A stretch of DNA of 50,371 nucleotides from a virus, in IMG/VR virus record IMGVR_UViG_3300045988_080164, positions 1 to 50,371 of that record; one strand, given 5' to 3'. Numbering within the stretch: position 1 is the stretch's first letter; each line of letters begins with the position of its first letter. Shown here piece after piece: positions 43,947 through 50,316 of this stretch. Both the position numbers and the translations under genes were made by a program. Under the pieces are notes generated by a model, which worked only from the letters and a program-made list of their open reading frames with translations, was not told where the DNA came from and did no database searches.

Positions 43947-44568
43947 TGATTAAGTCCTTCCCTTTCTCTGTTCTCTGTTTTACAAGAAACTTTTTGATAT
44001 CCCAAGGATACGAACATTCTCTGCCTTTTCCTCTGATGTACAATAACTGTTCAAATCCGAGTTCAAGTTCTGTTCCTAACAATGTTGAAACTCTTACAAG
44101 TTCTTTCTTTCTATTAATACCTACAACTTTTGCTGTTCTAAGCTTTTTATAAATATTACCATCCGCCGCTTCTACATAATGGATGAATGCTACAAAACAA
44201 CCAACTTCTAACTCATTGTCATAAATCTCCTGTTTTTTGCGTTTCCCATACTTTCTTTCAAACTGTTCAATTGTTTCTGCAAAACGAATAAAACCAATCT
44301 CATTTGTTTCTTCCTGCTTCTGTTCTTTTACAGGTTCTTCTTTTACTTCTTCATGTTTTAATACAGGTTCATCCCAAACCTCATTATCATCTGCGGCTTC
44401 TTCAATCTTTTTGTTGATGTCTTCTTGTTCATCTTCCGACTGTAATAATCTTTCGATTAATTCAGACTTTGTGAACTTATGTCCTTTGCTTTCAAGTTTA
44501 AGTCCTCTTTCTCTGGACATCTGTTTTAATTCTGCTACTTTCTTTGTTTCAAGTTCTGCTTTCTTCAT
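43921..44568 (-). CDS. hypothetical protein with an N-terminal HeH/SAP-like motif
   Basis: KVAELKQMSRERGLKLESKGHKFTKSELIERLL followed by an acidic linker; AAAGGAG SD; first gene after the promoter at 44611..44639. Confidence 0.6.
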   Translation of the reverse strand: MKKAELETKKVAELKQMSRERGLKLESKGHKFTKSELIERLLQSEDEQEDINKKIEEAADDNEVWDEPVLKHEEVKEEPVKEQKQEETNEIGFIRFAETIEQFERKYGKRKKQEIYDNELEVGCFVAFIHYVEAADGNIYKKLRTAKVVGINRKKELVRVSTLLGTELELGFEQLLYIRGKGRECSYPWDIKKFLVKQRTEKGKDLINERFNSIN

Positions 44569-44610
44569 CTTTGTTTCTCCTTTTTGTTTGCTTTGTTTTA
44601 TTACACTATT

Positions 44611-44639
44611 ATATTAACATATATGATTTTGTTTGTCAA
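44611..44639 (-). promoter_or_regulatory. promoter TTGACA-N17-TAATAT with TGn
   Basis: Minus strand TTGACAaacaaaatcatatatgtTAATAT. Confidence 0.7.
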
Positions 44640-44738
44640 CTACCAATTTAAAATATTTAAAATAAATCCGCAAAAGATAACGCCTGCAATTGGTACTAAA
44701 ATTGGTGCTGTTGATTTTAAGAAATTTACTACTTTCAT
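44640..44738 (-). CDS. possible 32-aa hydrophobic peptide
   Basis: Hand-translated MKVVNFLKSTAPILVPIAGVIFCGFILNILNW; ATG 3 nt after the upstream stop; no clear SD. Confidence 0.3.
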   Translation of the reverse strand: MKVVNFLKSTAPILVPIAGVIFCGFILNILNW

Positions 44739-44741
44739 TTT

Positions 44742-44927
44742 CTATACCTCCAAGAATTTCTTTGTAACATATCTTCTTATAAGATGCATTTCATCATCAC
44801 TTATATTACCAGTTTCGTGCATACAATCAATATAACCATAACATTCTGCCTGCGCTTCTAATATTGATATTGCTTGCGCTCTGCACTCTTTTATTTTACC
44901 TTGTAAATACTGTTCTATTGTTTTCAT
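44742..44927 (-). CDS. hypothetical protein, 61 aa
   Basis: ORF; start codon follows the upstream TAA directly. Confidence 0.55.
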   Translation of the reverse strand: MKTIEQYLQGKIKECRAQAISILEAQAECYGYIDCMHETGNISDDEMHLIRRYVTKKFLEV

Positions 44928-45320
44928 TTATTTCTCCTTTTCATAATATCCATATAAGCAACACTGTCCACTATCCCATGTATCATAATATATTCCATCT
45001 ACTACAGAAACGACATGATTTGCAACATTTAAAAAGAATGTTCCTGCTTTATGTTCTTTTGTAAAGCTTTCAACTGTAGGTCTTTTTGAACCTTTCTTGT
45101 TGCTAATGCCATGATATTCAAAACCATTATCTTTCAAATATCTTTCATAACATGTTTTATTGTTTGGCATACATTGTATTTCAATCGCATATGTAATGAG
45201 TTCATTAAATACTTCCAACCATGTTTTGTTCATTACTTTTGTCAGTGCTCTTACTACGCAATCTCCATAATTGTCTTTTATGTCTTTCTTGTTTGGCTGA
45301 TAATACTTGTATCTTTTCAT
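44928..45320 (-). CDS. papain-fold (C39-like) cysteine peptidase-like protein
   Basis: NYGDCVVRAL (candidate nucleophile Cys) and ANHVVSVVDGIYYDTWDS (candidate His/Asp); GAAGGAG SD. Confidence 0.4.
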   Translation of the reverse strand: MKRYKYYQPNKKDIKDNYGDCVVRALTKVMNKTWLEVFNELITYAIEIQCMPNNKTCYERYLKDNGFEYHGISNKKGSKRPTVESFTKEHKAGTFFLNVANHVVSVVDGIYYDTWDSGQCCLYGYYEKEK

Positions 45321-45369
45321 TGTTATCTCTCCTTCACATTTGTTTTGTTTACTTGTTTTCTATGGTTTA

Positions 45370-45398
45370 ATTATACTACTAACATTTTTATTTGTCAA
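45370..45398 (-). promoter_or_regulatory. promoter, perfect TTGACA-N17-TATAAT
   Basis: Minus strand TTGACAaataaaaatgttagtagTATAAT. Confidence 0.75.
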
Positions 45399-45420
45399 TA
45401 GTATAATTGAAATTCGTTTT

Positions 45421-45663
45421 TTATGCTATTTCTACGGATTCCATAAAGCTTCTTAAAATTTGCTTTTGTTCTTCATCTGTTAAAAGTTCCATATCCCAAA
45501 AGGCTCTTACATATCCGTTAAAATGCGATACATAACTGTTTTTATACTCTGCAAACTCTTCACAAGAAATTAATCCTTGTTTATATTGCTCATATCTATG
45601 ACTAATCCTTTTGAGCATAAATGTTTCTCTTTCTCTAATTTTCTGTAATGCTAATGTTTTCAT
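45421..45663 (-). CDS. hypothetical protein, 80 aa
   Basis: ATG at 45663 follows GAAGGAGAAC; the longer track ORF begins inside the promoter. Confidence 0.6.
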   Translation of the reverse strand: MKTLALQKIRERETFMLKRISHRYEQYKQGLISCEEFAEYKNSYVSHFNGYVRAFWDMELLTDEEQKQILRSFMESVEIA

Positions 45664-45709
45664 GTTTTGTTCTCCTTCTTGAATTGTTTTCTTTCTTGTT
45701 TCTAAAACT

Positions 45710-45738
45710 ATATTAACATATGTTTTATTTGTTGTCAA
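45710..45738 (-). promoter_or_regulatory. promoter TTGACA-N17-TAATAT with TGn
   Basis: Minus strand TTGACAacaaataaaacatatgtTAATAT; the -35 overlaps the last codons of 45725..46012. Confidence 0.7.
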
Positions 45739-46012
45739 CATCAATTTCATAATTTTCTAAAAAGAAATTAATTGTTCTCATTACATCACTGTTTTTTGAA
45801 TAATCTGTTTCAATTGCTTCTGTTTTCAAATCAATATATCCAAGTGTTCTATGTTTATAATCATTAACATAAATTCTTTCATACACTCCTTTGCTCCAAT
45901 ACTTGAAAACATAATAATTACTTTCATCATCTTTATCTGTTCCACACCACGGATTTGTATTTCCATCTCTATCAATTACTGCTACCTTTTCGAATCCTGT
46001 AAATTTCTTCAT
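45725..46012 (-). CDS. hypothetical protein, 95 aa
   Basis: ATG at 46012 follows GGAAGGAGAAC; the track start at 46087 is the TTG of the -35 box. Confidence 0.6.
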   Translation of the reverse strand: MKKFTGFEKVAVIDRDGNTNPWCGTDKDDESNYYVFKYWSKGVYERIYVNDYKHRTLGYIDLKTEAIETDYSKNSDVMRTINFFLENYEIDVDNK

Positions 46013-46058
46013 TTTTTGTTCTCCTTCCAAAATGTTTGCTTTGTTCTTTACAAGTATT

Positions 46059-46087
46059 ATTATATACCTTGTTCTATTGTTTGTCAA
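46059..46087 (-). promoter_or_regulatory. promoter, perfect TTGACA-N17-TATAAT
   Basis: Minus strand TTGACAaacaatagaacaaggtaTATAAT. Confidence 0.75.
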
Positions 46088-46164
46088 TACCTATTTCCAA
46101 GCTTCTTGAAAAACTATTGCTATCATTAACAGATAACATAAGATAATTGCAACATAATATTTCA

Positions 46165-46362
46165 TCATTCATTTCCTTTCTGTTTATCTACAAATACACG
46201 CTTTCCATATTCACCAGAAACATAAATCTTGCACCAACAAATATTTTTATATCCTGCATCATTTCTTAACAACTCTTTTAAGCACATATCTCTTTCTTTT
46301 GCTGACTTTACATTAAATGTGTCTTTGTAGCCTTGTACCTCAAAATAAATTTCATACTTCAT
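46165..46362 (-). CDS. hypothetical protein, 65 aa
   Basis: Second ATG (46362) is 8 nt after GAAGGAG. Confidence 0.6.
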   Translation of the reverse strand: MKYEIYFEVQGYKDTFNVKSAKERDMCLKELLRNDAGYKNICWCKIYVSGEYGKRVFVDKQKGNE

Positions 46363-46409
46363 ATTCATTTCTCCTTCACTTCTGTGTTTGTTTTCTTTAT
46401 CTTGATTTA

Positions 46410-46438
46410 ATTATACATCAAAGGGTTGAACTTGTCAA
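46410..46438 (-). promoter_or_regulatory. promoter, perfect TTGACA-N17-TATAAT; -35 lies inside a palindrome
   Basis: Minus strand TTGACAagttcaaccctttgatgTATAAT. Confidence 0.7.
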
Positions 46439-46441
46439 CCC
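46423..46441. repeat. palindrome GGGTTGA-N5-TCAACCC (copy 3 of 3)
   Basis: gggttgaacttgtcaaccc, flanked by aaa/ctttt, 16 nt after the stop of the J-domain gene. Confidence 0.85.
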
Positions 46442-46456
46442 CTTTTTAATATTTTT

Positions 46457-46927
46457 TTATGCAATACAAACTCTACTAACTGATTCTTTTATAACCTGTG
46501 AACCATATTTTGTTCTAATATCTGCCATTGTTGTTTTACCATAACTTCTTGTTACTTCTTCTGGATTATGCCAATACCACATTTTCTTTTTACTCGCCCA
46601 TCTAAAACCATTTTGTTTTAGTTCTGCTTTGCAACCATATGTGTTACCACTTACCCAAATCCAAGAACCACAAATCTCTATGTCAATGTTAAGATTGATT
46701 ATGTTGTTGATAACATTTCTTAACATTTCATCCTCTTCCATATTGTATTTCTTTTTGTTTTCTGTTGTATCACTGTTTTTAAGAACTTTAAAAAGCTGTT
46801 CATATTCAACATTTATTGTTTTGATTGCTTCAACAGAACCACCATTGTCTGGATGATTTTCTTTTACAAGCCTTTTGTATTCTTTTCTAAGTTCTTCCAA
46901 TGTTTTGATGTTTTTAAAATATTTCAT
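46457..46927 (-). CDS. J-domain (DnaJ-like) protein
   Basis: LRKEYKRLVKENHPDNGG contains the HPD tripeptide in a J-domain context; ATG at 46927 is 6 nt after AAGGAG. Confidence 0.8.
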   Translation of the reverse strand: MKYFKNIKTLEELRKEYKRLVKENHPDNGGSVEAIKTINVEYEQLFKVLKNSDTTENKKKYNMEEDEMLRNVINNIINLNIDIEICGSWIWVSGNTYGCKAELKQNGFRWASKKKMWYWHNPEEVTRSYGKTTMADIRTKYGSQVIKESVSRVCIA

Positions 46928-46968
46928 ATTTAACTCCTTCATTTACTGTTTTCCTTTGTTCTGATTAT

Positions 46969-46996
46969 ATTATAACACATACAAAATAAATGTCAA
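46969..46996 (-). promoter_or_regulatory. promoter TTGACA-N16-TATAAT with TGn
   Basis: Minus strand TTGACAtttattttgtatgtgtTATAAT. Confidence 0.65.
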
Positions 46997-47021
46997 TACA
47001 TTTTTATAAATTTCTTTAAAT

Positions 47022-47074
47022 AAAAAAAATAGACCTATATACTATATAAATATTATATATAATATATAAGCCTA
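47022..47074 (-). terminator. intrinsic terminator closing the 47-49.7 kb cassette
   Basis: 12-bp stem UAGGCUUAUAUA / UAUAUAGGUCUA (two G-U pairs) followed by UUUUUUUUAUUU. Confidence 0.65.
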
Positions 47075-47081
47075 TTATTTT

Positions 47082-47810
47082 CTACTTGCGTTTGTTCTGT
47101 TCTTTTAACTTTCGGACTTCTTTGTCTGTGTACTCTTCATTGTATTTCTTTTTGTACTTTTCATGGTACTTGTCCTGCATATTGTGTATTGCTACAGAAT
47201 CATAACCTGTACCATTAAGCTGTTCGCACATTCTGTTTACTTTCTTGATTTCTTTTGTAACATCTTCCACAAGGTCTGATATGTACTCGGCATCCGCTGT
47301 CATACCATAATTAATACATTCCTGCCATACTTCCTCATACAACTGCTTTGTTCTTTCTTCCCATTCCTTATACTGTGTCATTGCAGATTTTACAAACTTC
47401 GGTAAAACATTATCATTTACATCATTCGTTGTGTACCTACTCCAATCAGACGGGATAATCCTTGGTATTTCCACCTGTCTCAGTGGTATTATTTTATGAT
47501 GCATATTGATGTATTTGTGGTGCAGTTTTCTTTTTCCTGCCACTTCGCACATATACTGGTATTCTAACTTACGTTTAAATCCCTGCAAACCTAAGAAACA
47601 GAAATAGTCTGCTAACTGTTCATGCATACCCAGTGCTTTTTGCATATGTTCATCTAGCTTCAAATAGATTTCTTCTGCTTTTTGTTCCTTTTCTCTATCT
47701 GTTGTCCGAACATTACTGTATGTCTGCATTGCCCTTGTATCTGTGTTCCAAGGTTGTTCATCCTGTATGTTTCTATTCTGTTCATTCATATTTTTCTGTT
47801 CATAGTTCAT
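47082..47810 (-). CDS. hypothetical helical protein, 242 aa (weak ferritin-like helix pattern)
   Basis: ATG at 47810 is 5 nt after AGGAGGTGA; FLGLQGFKRKLEYQYMCEVAGKRKLHHKY loosely recalls ferritin helix A/B spacing; not a confident assignment. Confidence 0.5.
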   Translation of the reverse strand: MNYEQKNMNEQNRNIQDEQPWNTDTRAMQTYSNVRTTDREKEQKAEEIYLKLDEHMQKALGMHEQLADYFCFLGLQGFKRKLEYQYMCEVAGKRKLHHKYINMHHKIIPLRQVEIPRIIPSDWSRYTTNDVNDNVLPKFVKSAMTQYKEWEERTKQLYEEVWQECINYGMTADAEYISDLVEDVTKEIKKVNRMCEQLNGTGYDSVAIHNMQDKYHEKYKKKYNEEYTDKEVRKLKEQNKRK

Positions 47811-47822
47811 TGTGTTCACCTC

Positions 47823-48197
47823 CTAAATTGTTGGGAAATTAAATGATGTTTTCCCAAGTTCACAGACAGATACAATAAACGTTCCAACATCTGTTGCTAC
47901 ATTTGTGTGGTACACTTTTCTGCTTCTTATCTGGTCTGCGTGAACATTGTTTCCGCATTTTGTTCTTAAAACATACTGTGTTGTTCCATCACCTATTGTT
48001 ATTGCAACCGTGTCCGCACTTGTTACTTCTGGTATTGCCTGTGCAATACAAATACATACTTTTTCTTTATTGCTATAAGTTGCTTGTGGTATGTTTAACA
48101 CTAATACATTATCAGTCAGTGTTACGCTATTTGTTTTTACAAAATGTGTGCAACCACCGCAACCATAGCCACCATTATTGTATAAACTACATGCCAT
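47823..48197 (-). CDS. Cys-rich N-terminus, beta-rich hypothetical protein, 124 aa
   Basis: Starts MACSLYNNGGYGCGGCTH, then alternating hydrophobic beta-like segments (VLVLNIP, VCICIAQAI, VAITIGDG, TFIVSV); ATG 48197 after GGAAGGA. Confidence 0.55.
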   Translation of the reverse strand: MACSLYNNGGYGCGGCTHFVKTNSVTLTDNVLVLNIPQATYSNKEKVCICIAQAIPEVTSADTVAITIGDGTTQYVLRTKCGNNVHADQIRSRKVYHTNVATDVGTFIVSVCELGKTSFNFPTI

Positions 48198-48229
48198 AGT
48201 TATTACCATCCTTCCTAAATCATTTATTT

Positions 48230-48259
48230 AACAAAATAAGGGCGGATATTTCACCGCCC
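48230..48259 (-). terminator. intrinsic terminator inside the cassette
   Basis: GGGCGG-UGAAAUAU-CCGCCC followed by UUAUUUUGUU; no promoter between it and the next start codon. Confidence 0.7.
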
Positions 48260-48324
48260 TAAGTAATTCACGCATAAGCGGATAAAATGTCTTAAAACTT
48301 AAATTATAAGCTTACACATACATT

Positions 48325-49005
48325 CTAGCATCCACAGCAATTATATTGATGTGAATACATATGTGCAGATTCATATGGACTGCACGTCTGATATGCCGGA
48401 ATTGGTGTAGGTCTTAATGTCGAAATCAGAGTAGCGTTCTGTGCCTGCTGACTTAACTGGAAGTTTGCCGTCTGTAACTGGTCACGTAAACTCTGAATTT
48501 CATTCTGTGTCATTAATGCTCTTGTTGCATCACCATCTGCTTTAATAGCATTTACGATATCACAAGTGTTTCTTGCATTTTCATAGCGAACTGCGTCAAT
48601 GTTTCTCTGTGTTGTGCAACAGCAATCTGAAAGCTGTGTAGCAAGTGCATTTGTGTTCTGCATACCTGCAACAGCTACATTGTTAATTGCCTGCTGTGTT
48701 CCATTAAAGCCATTAAGCAGAGAAGTGTTAACTGCATAGAATCCATCACATATACCATTTTCCAGACCATTAAGTTTGTTCATAACGGCTTGGTTGTCGA
48801 ATCCTCTCTGAATTGCGCTATCTGTATATGCGCTTGCTGTGCTATTCATGCCATTACCTCCCCAGTTCCCAAAGTTTCCACCCCATGCAAGGAGAAAGAA
48901 AAGGAAGAAAATCCAACTGCCGTTACCATCTCCAAACATACCGTCATTGTCTCTTCCGAGTGCTAATGCATCCGCTACACTTAATCCATTACCATCCATA
49001 CTCAT
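48325..49005 (-). CDS. Gly/Asn-rich single-pass membrane protein with a Cys-rich C-terminus, 226 aa
   Basis: GDGNGSWIFFLFFLLAWGGNFGNWGGNG (TM helix flanked by G/N), N/Q-rich helical region with a CCC triplet, ends ..HQYNCCGC; AGGAGG SD. Confidence 0.65.
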   Translation of the reverse strand: MSMDGNGLSVADALALGRDNDGMFGDGNGSWIFFLFFLLAWGGNFGNWGGNGMNSTASAYTDSAIQRGFDNQAVMNKLNGLENGICDGFYAVNTSLLNGFNGTQQAINNVAVAGMQNTNALATQLSDCCCTTQRNIDAVRYENARNTCDIVNAIKADGDATRALMTQNEIQSLRDQLQTANFQLSQQAQNATLISTLRPTPIPAYQTCSPYESAHMYSHQYNCCGC

Positions 49006-49057
49006 ACTAAGTACCTCCTGTTAATTAATATTTATATAAACCATTTAGGTTTATACC

Positions 49058-49231
49058 TTATTTAATTCCGAACATCTTTTTAAAGTTTTGAAACTCTTTC
49101 AAAGCATGTTGCATATTTATTCCACGCTGTTGACACAAATTAGCGGCTGTCTGTTCTAGTTCTTTTTCGCTCTTTCCTTGTGCCATCTGTTGCGCTCTCT
49201 GAAAGAGTGGGTTATTGCTAAAATTGTTCAT
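49058..49231 (-). CDS. hypothetical protein, 57 aa
   Basis: Codon-by-codon translation MNNFSNNPLFQRAQQMAQGKSEKELEQTAANLCQQRGINMQHALKEFQNFKKMFGIK; overlaps the upstream stop by 14 nt. Confidence 0.45.
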   Translation of the reverse strand: MNNFSNNPLFQRAQQMAQGKSEKELEQTAANLCQQRGINMQHALKEFQNFKKMFGIK

Positions 49232-49658
49232 CTTCTTTTACCCCTTTCAACTTGTTTATTTGTTCTGTTAATATATTTATTGCTTCCTCAAAATCCTGTT
49301 GTAAAACATAACTACTGTTTGTATTTGTTTGTGCTTGTGCTTGTTTCTGTTCTTCCAATACATATGTTTTTAGTTCCGCTGTTCCATCTAATAGTATTTG
49401 TTTTGTATATATTCTTTTGTTTGCAACATCTGTGAACACATACATACTGCCATCTAAATCTATCATGCTTGCCCTTGCTTCTTCCAAACTAGATACAGGT
49501 CTGCCCTTAATCATTTGCATTTGTTGTGGTACTTGCTGTTGCATCATTTCCTGTTGCGAAAACATCTGGTTGTATTGGTTCTGCAAATTGTTCATTCTCT
49601 GCTGTGCTAAATTTTGTTGTACATTCCCATTTATGGGATAGGAATAATTACCATACAT
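49218..49658 (-). CDS. protein with a ~50-aa Q/N-rich N-terminus and a globular C-domain, 146 aa
   Basis: MYGNYSYPINGNVQQNLAQQRMNNLQNQYNQMFSQQEMMQQQVPQQMQM then KGRPVSSLEEARASMIDLDGSMYVFTDVANKRIYTKQI; AGGAGG SD. Confidence 0.65.
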   Translation of the reverse strand: MYGNYSYPINGNVQQNLAQQRMNNLQNQYNQMFSQQEMMQQQVPQQMQMIKGRPVSSLEEARASMIDLDGSMYVFTDVANKRIYTKQILLDGTAELKTYVLEEQKQAQAQTNTNSSYVLQQDFEEAINILTEQINKLKGVKEDEQF

Positions 49659-49754
49659 TTATTTTTCCTCCTTTCGTTTGTACAATTATATTATATCTTA
49701 TCCAATTATTAACAAATATCATAAAAGTATCTATTAAGTTTCTTAAAAGTATGC

Positions 49755-49783
49755 AATAAAAAAGGAAGGTCTTTCGACCTTCC
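49755..49783 (-). terminator. strong intrinsic terminator ending the late operon
   Basis: GGAAGGUC-GAAA-GACCUUCC (8-bp perfect stem) followed by UUUUUUAUU, 3 nt after the stop of 49786..50019. Confidence 0.85.
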
Positions 49784-49785
49784 AA

Positions 49786-50019
49786 TTAGAATACACTTCC
49801 TAACTTCATAAGCATTTTACGATGTTTTCTTTTAACTGTTACTTCGGACATTCCTAATTCATCTGCTATGTATGTTAGTGACTTCTTATCCTTATAATGC
49901 ATTAACAATATTTTCTTTTCTTCTTCACTCAGCATTGTTCTTTCTAATATGCTACGAAATTCGTCTACTGAACTAATACCTTTTAATTTCTTTCTTGTCT
50001 CTGCGTTTTCCTTATCCAT
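49786..50019 (-). CDS. sigma-70 region-4-like HTH protein, 77 aa
   Basis: LSEEEKKILLMHYKDKKSLTYIADELGMSEVTVKRKHRKMLMKL matches the sigma region 4 / YlxM-type HTH pattern; ATG at 50019 after GGGGAG (the track TTG at 50100 is unlikely). Confidence 0.55.
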   Translation of the reverse strand: MDKENAETRKKLKGISSVDEFRSILERTMLSEEEKKILLMHYKDKKSLTYIADELGMSEVTVKRKHRKMLMKLGSVF

Positions 50020-50161
50020 TCGCTTTTCCACTCCCCATAAATTTACCACATACAGGGCATTTGTGCGGATTACCTCCGCTTTTATTTCTCGACTTCGCAA
50101 CTCTGGCAGTTGTTCTTGTTGTGGTTTTAGCTTTTGTTACATGTATCCTTGCTTTTGCCAT
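50012..50161 (-). CDS. small very basic protein, 49 aa
   Basis: Hand-translated MAKARIHVTKAKTTTRTTARVAKSRNKSGGNPHKCPVCGKFMGSGKANG; GGTGA SD; its stop overlaps the start of the sigma-r4-like gene. Confidence 0.4.
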   Translation of the reverse strand: MAKARIHVTKAKTTTRTTARVAKSRNKSGGNPHKCPVCGKFMGSGKANG

Positions 50162-50313
50162 TATTTATCACCGCCCTTTGTTTCATTGTGTGTTGCGTTA
50201 TCATTGTACTGATTACCATCTACATCGTTGTATTCTGCATTTGCATTATCTCCGTCTGTACCAACATCTACAGATTTTGTTTCTGTTGTTTGTTCGGTTG
50301 TAACATAGTCATA
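50161..50313 (-). other. 50-codon open frame without any start codon, exactly in frame with the small membrane ORF across its TAA
   Basis: After the TAA (50314..50316) the frame reads YDYVTTEQTTETKSVDVGTDGDNANAEYNDVDGNQYNDNATHNETKGGDK and stops in a TAATG overlap with the next gene; no in-frame ATG, GTG or TTG. Confidence 0.4.
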
Positions 50314-50316
50314 TTA

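Noticed and set aside
46088-46164. A 25-aa hydrophobic peptide ORF (MMKYYVAIILCYLLMIAIVFQEAWK) after 46165..46362
   Set aside because: It is plausible, with an overlapping start and an AAAGGAA upstream. It is too short to support without expression or conservation data.
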